A DNA stretch of 64,000 bases, from assembly GCA_963793865.1 (NCBI GenBank), contig CAWCBP010000001.1:576001-640000 (forward strand), written 5' to 3'. This document shows, one piece after another, positions 23,124 through 32,845 of the stretch. This DNA is from an uncultured delta proteobacterium. GTDB taxonomy: Bacteria > Desulfobacterota > WTBG01. The translations under genes and the position numbers were made by a program. Every line of letters starts with the position of its first letter. Position 1 is the first letter of the stretch. The notes below the pieces were generated by a model that was not told the origin of the DNA, did not search any database, and worked only from the letters and a program-made list of their open reading frames with translations.

Positions 23124-24102
23124 TCAAAAGGCATGCAGTACAATGCTGGTTAGATACTTCGGGGTGGGACAGAGACGTCCGGGATGGGAGTAGTGGTCAG
23201 GCTCAGGATGAATGGCGTCTATGATGCGGGTGTCAAAAATGTCCCCTTCAGACAGGTTTTTGGAAAGGTAGCCAAGCTTCTTCAGGACGGTAACGAACGC
23301 CAGCGTCGAGCGGCGATAACTCTCAGGCAGCGCAGCGCAATACTTGGGTGAGAGCGCGAAGACCTCCATGACGAAGCTGCTGTTCACCACTTTCACTGCA
23401 CCTGCCACCACTGCTGCTGCTTCACCGGGATGCTCCCGAATCTGATTGCATGCCCGTCTCGTGCAGGGTCAAAAAATCCCCTAGAAGTTTTTTTTCTGAC
23501 AACAATTCCTTTTTTACCACAATGCCATAGCTTGGATTGAAAGGCCAGAGATGACTGGGCGGAATAATCGTGGCCGTGCCGTATTCCCTTGCCCCGAGAA
23601 CCGCCAGCGCCGGGGTGCCCACCGCGCCTTCAATCTCGCCCGCCTCAATGGCCTCCGGGACAAGGTCAGTCCAGGGGTAATTATCGATCGTGATCTCCAG
23701 TCTGCTCTCCTCTACCAGGTTTCGAATAATGACGTCATGAATTGAGCCACGGGTTGGTGATCCCAATCGTTTGCTTTGAAACTGCTTGAGCACATGCTCA
23801 CTGCTCTTAAGCTCATCATAGGATTGATAGCCACGGGCGGCGATCATCACCGTTCCCTCCGCATGACCGCCGGCAATGCATATCAGGGGGATGCCCTTAT
23901 CAATGCCGATCATGGCCGGAGGAAGCCCGATGTATCCCAGGTCAATGGAGCCCGCGGCAAACGCCTCCACCATCGCGGGCCCGGTGGGGAACAGCACCCA
24001 TTCAGGACGAAGATTCAGTTCCTTTTCCAGCCAGTGTTGCGCCCTGATGAGATGGGAGGTGTGGTACATGGTGGAAAGATAGCCGATGACGAGATGCTTC
24101 AC
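23124..24102 (-). CDS. SsuA/TauA/NMT1-like substrate-binding-fold protein, frameshifted near 23455
   Basis: FPTGPAMVEAF..GSIDLGYIGLPPA and GSIHDV motifs; GTG start after SD; no signal peptide. Confidence 0.8.
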
Positions 24103-24115
24103 AGTGTCTCCTTCA

Positions 24116-26803
24116 TTATTCCCGGACGCGGTTGCAGGCGCATTCTTGCTGGCGGTGCGGCTCAAGAGGAGCGGAATGATTTGAAGAATTCGAGTCGAAA
24201 CGTGTGACCATCAGCCGCATGCCGTTGAGAATCACCAGCAGCGAGGTTCCCATGTCAGCGGCAACCGCCATCCACAAATTGGCCCATCCCAAAAGGACGG
24301 TGGCAATGAAAGCCGCCTTAATGATGAGCGAGAAAATGATGTTGGTTTTTATAGTGGCAAGCGTTCTGCGGGAGAGATGAACAAGAAAGGGAAGCTTGAG
24401 CAGATCATCTGCCATGAGCGCGATATCAGCCGCTTCAAGCGCGGCGTCGCTGCCCGCCACTCCCATGGCTATGCCCACCGAGGAAACCGCCAGGGCCGGT
24501 GCGTCATTGACTCCGTCGCCCACCATGGCGACCTTTTCGTATCTGAAGAGCAATTCCCGCAGCGCCTCGACCTTTTCCCCGGGGAGCAGCTCCGCCTGAT
24601 ACCCGTCCATCTTCAGTTCGCGGGCGATGGCTGAAGCCACCCGCTCATTATCGCCGCTGAGCATGACCAGGTGTTTGATGCCCTGTCTTCTCAACTTAGC
24701 AATGCAGCTTCCCGCATCCGGACGCACCGTGTCGGCAAGCGCTATTATACCGCTTCCCGAGGGATGATGAATGAGCACAGCGGTTTTCCCTTCGCTTTCA
24801 AGCCGATCCAGCTCACTTCCATAGGGTGTGACATCGACACCTCGTTCCTGCAGGAAGGCGCGGTTGCCGATGCTCGCAAGACAACCGGCGAGCATCGCCT
24901 GCACTCCCATGCCGGGATAGGTGACGAGGCCGGGGGGTTCCTGCAAAACGATGCCTTCCCGCTGCGCCTCCCTGACGATTGCCTTTGCCAGAGGATGTTC
25001 CGACTTCATCTCCAGCGAGGCGGCGGTCCTTAGAAGATTCCCTGTGTTTGTGCCGTTGATGCCGATGATGTCGGAAATCCGGAATTGCCGGCCGGTCAAT
25101 GTTCCGGTCTTGTCAAAGGCCATGGCGCTGACGGATCCCATTTCTTCAAGGTATGCGCCGCCCTTAATGAGGATGCCCTTGCGCGATGCACAGGCAATGG
25201 CCGACACAATCGACACCGGCGTTGAGAGCACCAGCGCGCAGGGGCAGGAGATGATGAGCAGCATGAGGCCCCGATAAAACCAGTCGCTGAATGGCGCTGA
25301 CAGGAGGAGTGGAGGAATAACGGTTACCGCGGCGGCGGATGCAATCACCAGCGGTGTATAAATGCGCGAAAATGCATCGATGAAGGTTTGTGAAGGGGCC
25401 TTTTGCGCCTGAGCCTCTTCCACCAGGTGGATGATCCGGGAAAGGGTTGAATCCGACACCGGTCTTTCTACCCGCACCTCCAGGGATCCGGAACCGTTTA
25501 TCGATCCCGCAAAGAGCGGATCACCGGGAGCTTTGTCGACCGGTTGGGATTCACCGGTTATCGGGGATTGATTGACGGGTGAGGCGCCCTGCACCACCGC
25601 CCCGTCTACCGGCACCTTTTCGCCCGGCTTTACGATCACCAGATCGCCGATCTTGATGTCGGATACCGGGACCGTGATCAGCTGCCCTCCCTTTTTCAGG
25701 TGGGCCTCCTTCGGGGAAAGGTCTATCAGGGAGCGCAGGGCATTGCGGGCCCTGTCCATGGTGTAAGACTGCAGGGTGTTGCCGAGAGAGAAGAGAAAGA
25801 CCACCATGGCGCCCTCTTCAAGCTCACCAATGCCCAGGGCGCCGATGACCGCAGCGGTCATGAGAAAATTCATGTCGAAGGTTTTTGCCACGAGGGAATA
25901 GTAGCCACTGCGCGCCACATGGTACCCGCCGGCGAGAATGGCCAGGAGATACAGAAGGTGTGCCGGAGTGATTACCTGTCCTGCGATGGCAAGGGATGGT
26001 ACATGAAGGGAGCGGCCGAGGAGTAGCGTGGCATATGCAAGCGCCATCAAGCTGCCTGAAACAATGGTCGCGAGGAGCTTCGGATTGTTACGTGAAAAAA
26101 AACCGGCTTCCCGCGGAGGTGTCTCCTCTCCCGCCAGGCTGGCCTGATATCCCGCTTCCTCCACGGCTGAGAGAATATCCGCCCTGCCGGTTTTTTCCCG
26201 GTCATGACGGACCAGCAGGGTGGCGTTTGCAAAGTTAACGCTCGCTTCATGAACACCCTCGATCCGGGAAATCCTTTGTTGCAGCTTTACCGCGCAGTCC
26301 GGACAATCAAGCCCTTTGAGCAGAAAGGATGATCGGGTGACGGCGACCGGAACTGCGGCTATCTGCGGTTCTCGGGTGCGATAGCCTGCCCGGCGAATGG
26401 CGGCCAGCACCTGATCCCGCTTTACTGCGTCAGGTTCGTATTCAAACCAGATTTTGGAAGTGGCAAAATTAATGGAAACCCAGGTGACGCCGGGTATTTT
26501 GGCGAGTGACTGCTCCAGTTTGAGCGCGCAGTCCGGGCAATCGAGTCCCTCGATCAGGTAATGCTCGTGCCCGTAGTGGGACTTGATGCGCATCCCCTGC
26601 CGGACGACATAACTCTGGATGACTTCCAGGGAGGTGATGCCGGGATCAAATTCGATGAGCAGGATTGTGGCGTCCGCTGTTTCCTCAACCCGCATCACTC
26701 CCTGCAGCCGCGCAATGTCATCCTTCAACCGGGCGACGCAATTAAAGCAGTCTCCTGCCTCTCTCAATGCCAGGGGGATCTTGATTTGTTTGATCTCTGA
26801 CAT
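24116..26803 (-). CDS. zntA: Zn/Cd/Pb-translocating P1B-type ATPase with three N-terminal HMA domains
   Basis: GLDCPDC x2, CFNC, TGES, SCPCAL, DKTGT, HPL and GDGVNDAP motifs. Confidence 0.95.
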   Translation of the reverse strand: MSEIKQIKIPLALREAGDCFNCVARLKDDIARLQGVMRVEETADATILLIEFDPGITSLEVIQSYVVRQGMRIKSHYGHEHYLIEGLDCPDCALKLEQSLAKIPGVTWVSINFATSKIWFEYEPDAVKRDQVLAAIRRAGYRTREPQIAAVPVAVTRSSFLLKGLDCPDCAVKLQQRISRIEGVHEASVNFANATLLVRHDREKTGRADILSAVEEAGYQASLAGEETPPREAGFFSRNNPKLLATIVSGSLMALAYATLLLGRSLHVPSLAIAGQVITPAHLLYLLAILAGGYHVARSGYYSLVAKTFDMNFLMTAAVIGALGIGELEEGAMVVFLFSLGNTLQSYTMDRARNALRSLIDLSPKEAHLKKGGQLITVPVSDIKIGDLVIVKPGEKVPVDGAVVQGASPVNQSPITGESQPVDKAPGDPLFAGSINGSGSLEVRVERPVSDSTLSRIIHLVEEAQAQKAPSQTFIDAFSRIYTPLVIASAAAVTVIPPLLLSAPFSDWFYRGLMLLIISCPCALVLSTPVSIVSAIACASRKGILIKGGAYLEEMGSVSAMAFDKTGTLTGRQFRISDIIGINGTNTGNLLRTAASLEMKSEHPLAKAIVREAQREGIVLQEPPGLVTYPGMGVQAMLAGCLASIGNRAFLQERGVDVTPYGSELDRLESEGKTAVLIHHPSGSGIIALADTVRPDAGSCIAKLRRQGIKHLVMLSGDNERVASAIARELKMDGYQAELLPGEKVEALRELLFRYEKVAMVGDGVNDAPALAVSSVGIAMGVAGSDAALEAADIALMADDLLKLPFLVHLSRRTLATIKTNIIFSLIIKAAFIATVLLGWANLWMAVAADMGTSLLVILNGMRLMVTRFDSNSSNHSAPLEPHRQQECACNRVRE

Positions 26804-26817
26804 GAACTTTTCCCGTC

Positions 26818-27333
26818 TCAGTGGTGCGTTCCTTCAACCACGGTGATTCCCTTTTTTTTGATCAGGGCCACAATTTCCTCGCGGTGAGGGCAGGGGGGCT
26901 GGTATTCTTCTTTGACCATGCACGAGGAAAGGTGCACCGCATCCACCGTGACGGTTTTGGCAAGCGTGTTCAGCAGGCGCGATATCCTGCGGCCGGGACA
27001 TCCCCCGCAGGTAATCATGGCCACCAGCCGGGCATCATCACCGTACCCCTTAAAGCGCACCTTGCGGCCCTGCAGCGCGAGGAGGCAGGCAGTGCCCGGG
27101 CATGCTTCCGAAATGCGCTCGCAGCGTATGATGGCGATGTTGGTGGAGGTTTTTGGTGAATCCGCCGGTTCGAGATAGCTCATGTATTCTTCAAACACTT
27201 CCCGGACATCGTCCAGCGAAACAGCATCCTTGCCCTTCTTTTCCACCTCTCCCTCGACTTTGCGCCGGGCCATGTCCCGGACAAATTCCGGTGCCTTTTC
27301 CAGTTCCTTTTCTGCATCCTTGTCCCATTTCAT
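26818..27333 (-). CDS. CGGC-domain protein fused to a PCP-reductase (BchB C-terminal-like) domain
   Basis: W...A.KEL..APEFVR..AR..VE N-domain; CPGTAC, CGGCPG and GTHH. Confidence 0.85.
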   Translation of the reverse strand: MKWDKDAEKELEKAPEFVRDMARRKVEGEVEKKGKDAVSLDDVREVFEEYMSYLEPADSPKTSTNIAIIRCERISEACPGTACLLALQGRKVRFKGYGDDARLVAMITCGGCPGRRISRLLNTLAKTVTVDAVHLSSCMVKEEYQPPCPHREEIVALIKKKGITVVEGTHH

Positions 27334-28262
27334 TGCTGCGTTTCCCTCCGATTACTGTCAGATAAGGTCACGGTATACTTGTCTACCAGGTGATGGGGGT
27401 GGTAGGAGAGCTTTGCCTTGCGCAGCCCCTCTTCACCCAGGTCCTGCTCACGGTTGACAAAGGGAACTTCAGCCCACTCATGGGCGCAGAACTCCTGGTT
27501 GATGAGCGGGTAGAGTCCTTCCAAGGCGGGATTTGCCTTTTCAATGTGAATGACCGCCGTCTCGGGATTGAGACGCTCCCCCAGCGCAAATGCCTCCACC
27601 TTCCCGTTGACCAGGATGACGCCGCCCTTGAAATCGAGATGGTTCATGTTGGTGAGCGCTTCATAGATGGCCCGTTCTTCTCCCGCCAGTCCGGGGTAGA
27701 GCGCGCAGTGCCGTATGTCACACCACTGTGCCTCAAGGGCAAGACACTGCTCGACCAGTTCCGGGGTAAGGGAGGAGTACTCGTAGGGGTTATTCTTCTT
27801 AAACCGGTTGATATGGTTTTTCTTGCCGTGATACTTGTTTCCCTCCAGCCTGACGAGATCATCGGTGCGGTATACATAGTCACTGTTGTCGCGGTCAGGT
27901 GCTATGGCAAAAAGCTCATGTCCTGACAGGTGGTGGGTGACAACATCTTCCGGCACCCGTTGCACGGAGGCCTGCACCTCCATGTGCTGCAAGTGCCGGA
28001 GCATCTCGCCCATCCGCCCGGCGATATGAGAGGTGCCGATGGGAGGCAGAAAATAGGGCGCTTTACCATCCGGCCGGGCCATAATGCAAATGCACCCATC
28101 CCACAGGCACCAGAGAAAATGGTAGTAGTAGTTCCAGATAAAAAGATTGGTGAAGGTGTGTTCGGATATCTGCGGAGGGGATTGTGCGAGCGCATCCTTA
28201 AAGACCGGCTTATCCTGGATGGAAATATCCCTGAACTGGGGGTAATGGGGAACAGTGACCAT
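27330..28262 (-). CDS. DUF2156 (MprF C-terminal-like, GNAT fold) protein
   Basis: SEHTFTNLFIW, DYVY, HIEKA and NREQDLGEEGLRKAKLSYHP motifs. Confidence 0.9.
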   Translation of the reverse strand: MVTVPHYPQFRDISIQDKPVFKDALAQSPPQISEHTFTNLFIWNYYYHFLWCLWDGCICIMARPDGKAPYFLPPIGTSHIAGRMGEMLRHLQHMEVQASVQRVPEDVVTHHLSGHELFAIAPDRDNSDYVYRTDDLVRLEGNKYHGKKNHINRFKKNNPYEYSSLTPELVEQCLALEAQWCDIRHCALYPGLAGEERAIYEALTNMNHLDFKGGVILVNGKVEAFALGERLNPETAVIHIEKANPALEGLYPLINQEFCAHEWAEVPFVNREQDLGEEGLRKAKLSYHPHHLVDKYTVTLSDSNRRETQQ

Positions 28263-28397
28263 AGGAGTCAGAAGATTTTGACCGTCCGGCGGCCGGTAGA
28301 GCAGGCGTATAATGTAGCCGGGAGAGGTATTGCTGACCGCACACCTCTCCCGGTTATCGAAACATTAAGCTCGTTTCGGGACAACCACTGCGAGCCG

Positions 28398-28892
28398 TTA
28401 ATCAATTTTCCTGAAATCGGCTTTGCTTGCGCCGCATACCGGGCACTTGTCCGGCGCATGTTCCTCGGCTGTGTAGCCGCAGCGCTGGCACACATAGTAG
28501 GGGGCGTTTTTTGAAGACTTTAATGCGTCGATTGCGTTTTTGTAAAGGTTTCCATGGATCTTTTCAACCTCGTTGGCCCAGTAAAAGGTTCTGAAGGCAT
28601 CATTGTTGCCTTCCTTCTTGGCCTGATCCAGGAACTCGGGGTACATGGAGGTGAACTCGTGGTGCTCACCTTCAAATGCCGCCTTGAGGTTTTCCAGGGT
28701 TGATTTGACTCCTCCCAGCACGTTGAGATGGTTGTGAGCGTGCACCGTCTCCGCCTCGGCCGCAGCCCTGAAAAGGCGGGCGGCCTGGGGATATCCTTCC
28801 TCATCGGCCTTTTTGGCGAAGGCAAGGTAGGTGCGGTTGGCCTGCGATTCACCTGCAAACGCGGCTTTAAGATTATCGATGGTATTTCCCAT
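28398..28892 (-). CDS. rbr: Rubrerythrin
   Basis: AFAGESQA, AETVHA and EKIH motifs; C-terminal CQRCGY...CPVCG. Confidence 0.95.
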   Translation of the reverse strand: MGNTIDNLKAAFAGESQANRTYLAFAKKADEEGYPQAARLFRAAAEAETVHAHNHLNVLGGVKSTLENLKAAFEGEHHEFTSMYPEFLDQAKKEGNNDAFRTFYWANEVEKIHGNLYKNAIDALKSSKNAPYYVCQRCGYTAEEHAPDKCPVCGASKADFRKID

Positions 28893-29030
28893 GTTCTCCT
28901 CCCTCAGCGGTGTTCTGTGGTTAGCGATTTATTTGTTGTGGAAATAAAATCCAGCTCTGCCGTTTCTATCGTGCTTCCCCGCTTGAGCCACATATAAATA
29001 AAGGAATCAATGACACATACACTAGGAGCT

Positions 29031-29282
29031 CTATTCCCAGGGGTCTCTTCCAGATGCAGAGAAGATCCCCGTGATGATAGGTATTCATAATAAGTTCCCA
29101 TCCCTCACTTCCAAGCGCGTTAAACGCAGCAGCCAGGGAATCGGTGCCTATTGTACACACGTCATGCACCATGCAGCCGCCGGTCTGATCACAGGCAATG
29201 ACGGTTCGCTTCTGGGAAGCGTCAACACATTTTCCAGTTCCCTGACCAGGTGATGAGTGACTTTGTATTCCCATTGAATCAT
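29031..29282 (-). CDS. DUF4177-like small protein, frameshifted
   Basis: MIQWEYKV in one frame and FNALGSEGWELI...IWKRP in another. Confidence 0.6.
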
Positions 29283-29483
29283 GGCCTGACCTCCGCGACT
29301 GGTTGCATTAAAACGGACCGGATAGGAAACGTGCTTAACAATAGTAGCTCTTGATAAAAAAGTCAAGCTCGCTTGGCGGAGCGATGCGGCAGGGCAGGAA
29401 AAGGCGCGGAAAGGGCTTTTCGACCTGCCCGCGCCTTTTGTTGTGGTGATGCCGCGCATGTGCTGCTGCCGGTTCAGTGCCGG

Positions 29484-30752
29484 CTAAAAGATTAAGAATG
29501 TCTTCTTTGCCTTTGCCCGCATTTCTTCGGCCATGTGTTTAATATCCGTCAAATCGAGCTGCATGGCGCTCCAGCCGTACCAGAGGGCATAATCAGGGTT
29601 GGCGTGGAAGGTCCCCTGAAACGTCCTCATGCGGTGTTCAAGAAACATGAGAAAGAGCTTCTGCTCGATGGGCGTGGGGGCATCATGAAAGGTGAGCAAA
29701 TCGGGAAACGCATAGGCGTAGGTCTCCGGCTTGGCCAGAAGCCCGTCCTTGTAAAGAGCGGCCACGATGCGAATGGCCTCCGCCATCAGGTGATCGGCAT
29801 CCTTGATCATGCTGTCACCTTTTTGAAGTTCGGCGTTGGCAAAATTGGCGGAATGGCATTGATTGCAGGTCTTGAGCATCTTGTCCCGCTCTTTCTGCCA
29901 GTCTTCCTGGGTGAGGCGGGCCACATCGGCCGCCTTGACGATTTCAAGCCTGGCCGTCGGATTGCCGTCAGGATCGAGCACGCCCAGGGCCTGCAAAATG
30001 GTGGTGCGGTCGGCGGCCCACGTTTCGTCGGTCGGCATGGGCAGGCGGACGGCGAGAAATCCCCAGGCCGTCTTGACGGCGTGATTGCCTTCCTGCATGT
30101 GGCAGGTCTGGCAGCTTGGCCCGGCGATTTTTGCGTCGAGCAGATTGTTTTGCTTCATCAGGAAGCGAACGCCGTGTTTGGATGCCGAGTACATTTCCCA
30201 CTGGGGGTGGTCGAAGCCCATGTGGCATGTCTGGCAGGCCTGAGGCTGGCGGGCCTCCTTTACCGAAAACACGTGGCGGGTATGACAGGCGTCACAGGAG
30301 GCGACACCAAAGCCGACGCCCTTCCTTTTTATTTCATTAATGTCCTCCTCCGACTTGATGCCGATCTTATGACACCCGCCGCACCCCTTCATCCCCTCCA
30401 TCAGGGCCATGGGCTGCCAGTGGGCCGTCGGCAGCGCCTTCATGGCCGCCCAGGCCGCGGCATGTTTGCCGGACTTGAACTGTTCCACCTTCTCCTCGTG
30501 GCAGGTTTTACAGGTTTCCGCGGTGGGAATTTCAACATCGGCAACATCCTCGGCAGTGGTGTGTTCATCGCCGTGGCAGGATATGCACTCAACTTCATTC
30601 TGGCTGTGGGTGGATAACTGCCAGTCGGATACGATATTCGGGGTAATCTTCTGGTGGCAGGAAACACAATCTTCGGCCGTCGCCGCACCAGCACACAAGA
30701 GGCTCAGAACCGCTGTTACGGCTACGATATATACTCTCATGCTCATCGTCAT
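29484..30752 (-). CDS. Octaheme c-type cytochrome, hydroxylamine oxidoreductase (HAO) family
   Basis: Signal peptide; 8 CxxCH; CDACHTRHVFS, CHMGFDHPQWEMY..SKHG and HANPDYALWYGW. Confidence 0.85.
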   Translation of the reverse strand: MTMSMRVYIVAVTAVLSLLCAGAATAEDCVSCHQKITPNIVSDWQLSTHSQNEVECISCHGDEHTTAEDVADVEIPTAETCKTCHEEKVEQFKSGKHAAAWAAMKALPTAHWQPMALMEGMKGCGGCHKIGIKSEEDINEIKRKGVGFGVASCDACHTRHVFSVKEARQPQACQTCHMGFDHPQWEMYSASKHGVRFLMKQNNLLDAKIAGPSCQTCHMQEGNHAVKTAWGFLAVRLPMPTDETWAADRTTILQALGVLDPDGNPTARLEIVKAADVARLTQEDWQKERDKMLKTCNQCHSANFANAELQKGDSMIKDADHLMAEAIRIVAALYKDGLLAKPETYAYAFPDLLTFHDAPTPIEQKLFLMFLEHRMRTFQGTFHANPDYALWYGWSAMQLDLTDIKHMAEEMRAKAKKTFLIF

Positions 30753-30812
30753 TCCCCCCTTTTTCAATGGTGGCACACAACATGTACAACTGATTGCTGG
30801 CGCTCTATGGTG

Positions 30813-31158
30813 TCACTCCCGTATCATGACCAGCATCATCTTGAACCTCTTTACCGCCCGTAAGGCATGGGGTTCATTGGCAGGCATGATAATCGTTTCA
30901 CCTCCTTTCACTGAGACCGGCGTAGCCGGAAATGGTTATCTGCGCCTCGCCATCAATGATGTAGACGAGGGCATCAAACGGTGCGGTATGTTCACTTAAC
31001 CCCTGGCCCTCATCGAAGGCGAACAGCGTCACCGTGCCGGATTTTTTATCGATGACCGTCCTGCTGACGATCGATCCTTTTTGATAGTCAACCGTGTGGG
31101 AAAGCTGTACTGCCTGCCCCCGCGGAAAACCGGTATCACTCTTTGTACTTTCTGCCAT
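30813..31158 (-). CDS. Cupin-domain protein, frameshifted near 30925
   Basis: FAFDEGQGLSEHTAPFDA; IIMPANEPHALRAVKRFKMMLVMIRE in the shifted frame. Confidence 0.85.
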
Positions 31159-31179
31159 AGCTGTTTCCTCCCTGTCAAG

Positions 31180-31395
31180 TTAAAAGCAGCCCAGCTGGCA
31201 TGATTTGAGCCTGATCTTGAAAAAATCGGTGAGGTATTTCATTTTTTTGAGCGGCACCTTGTGGTTGCGGGCAAATTCCATTGCCTGTGCGCAGGAGAGT
31301 TCCCCGCCCGTGGCAACCTGCTTCAGATCCCGTTCCATGACCTCAGTCACCCACGGCTCCCGGTCGGTGGCCGAAAACATATTTTCCCGTGTCAT
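31180..31395 (-). CDS. Conserved small hypothetical protein ending CQLGCF
   Basis: LSCAQA...KIRLKSCQLGCF; SD AGGAGG. Confidence 0.7.
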   Translation of the reverse strand: MTRENMFSATDREPWVTEVMERDLKQVATGGELSCAQAMEFARNHKVPLKKMKYLTDFFKIRLKSCQLGCF

Positions 31396-31425
31396 GCAAG
31401 CCTCCTTTCAGGGTTGGCACGCACA

Positions 31426-32768
31426 TTACCTGCTACCCGCAATATCTACAAAGTCATCGATCAGCACCTTGATCTCCTTTTTTAACTGATCATCCTCCCG
31501 CAGCGCTTGCGCCAGGACCGGGCTCCACCGGTAGTAGAGATCGATCAGTGCCCGTCCTTCAGCCGTTTTGCTCAGCATGCCGTCTCTGAAAGATCTGAGG
31601 ATTGCGCCTGGGCGGAAGACGCTCCGTAAATTTCCTCAGCCGCACAGGGGTTATCCGGTGTGCTTGTAGTGGTGGATACAGCTGTAGTGGTGGTTGGTGA
31701 ATCGTCGGCGGTGCGGACGCATCGCGTGTAATTTTCCGGATAATCCCCGTTTCTATACTTGACGCCAAAATACAATTCCCCGTCTGAGAAGTTATAGGCA
31801 AAGGCCTTAAATTTGTGGCAGCCCACGCAGGTGCTGCTGGTCCAGTAGAATCCATTGGCGGTGTTGGGAAAAGAGGCGGTGTCAATGGCGGGGTTGCTGG
31901 TTGAAAGATCTACCAGACGCTCCAATTCTTTCGGATTGGGGAGTCTCCAGTCGGAAAAGCCGCCCAGAACAAGGTTCTCACAGTAGGCGAGCGCATCCTT
32001 CCAGGTAGAGGTGTTATCTTTGTCCCTGCTTCCGCCGTCGTTCGTCTTTCCCTCCCACATAAGTCCGGTAACCGTATCGGTCACCGTGCCGTTTCCGTTA
32101 TCGGCGTAGGCGGGTGAAGGGTCAGGAGTGCCCCGCACGCAGCGGATTTTATACAGAGAATCCTTTGATCCGGTCCCGATAATGCCGAAGGAAACCTGCA
32201 TGATCCACGATAGGCCGGGGTCGTCATGATAGTCTGAAGACGTCCAGTAGTAGATATCAGTCTGATTGGTCCGGATGAAAAAGGGAAAATAGTTTGTGTC
32301 CAGCGCCGGGCTGAGCCTGCCCAGGTTCAAAATAGTAGAATATTCTTTTCTGGAAGGAACTCTCCAGTCATCAGAACCCCCGAGTGAAAGATTGTCACAA
32401 TAAGCGGCGGCAGCGGCATAGGTGTAGGTAAGCGCATCATTGTCTTCGTTTTTCTGTTCCCACACAAGATTTGTCACATTGTCGGTGACCGTACCGTTAC
32501 CATTGTCCGTCATGTCAGGCGGGTTAATGGTGTATTGGGCATCCTGGCCGTAAAAGTCCTCCCCTTCCCCGGGGCAGTACGGGTCTGAATCGCACACCTG
32601 ATTCGGCCCCTCCATATGCCACTCGTCGCAGAATATGCGCTCCCAGTCGTAACAGAGGTCCTGGCCGGTGTCCGGTATAAGATAATCAAACGCAAGCGCG
32701 GGCGCTGCGCAGAGGGGAAACAGGAATGTCAGTACGATCAATATTGTTGTTTGTGTGCGGTGCTTCAT
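31426..32768 (-). CDS. Secreted double DUF1566 (Lcl) protein with Thr linker and CFI-box-CTERM-like tail, frameshifted near 31602
   Basis: DNGNGTVTD..T.L.W and DWR.P...E twice; PDTGQ; tail restored by adding one A. Confidence 0.85.
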
Positions 32769-32845
32769 GGCATTGCTCCTTTCGCGTGCGATTTTTACTA
32801 GTGCCGCTCATTCGTGCAACTGTTGCACATGGCCGGGTGCCGCGT

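Noticed and set aside
29535..30617. Long antisense ORFs (this 360-aa one, 32726-33547 and others)
   Set aside because: They are shadows of GC-rich genuine genes on the opposite strand, with no motifs or SD.
31426..32768. DUF1566 gene as a diversity-generating retroelement target
   Set aside because: No reverse transcriptase and no adenine-variant template repeat in the window.
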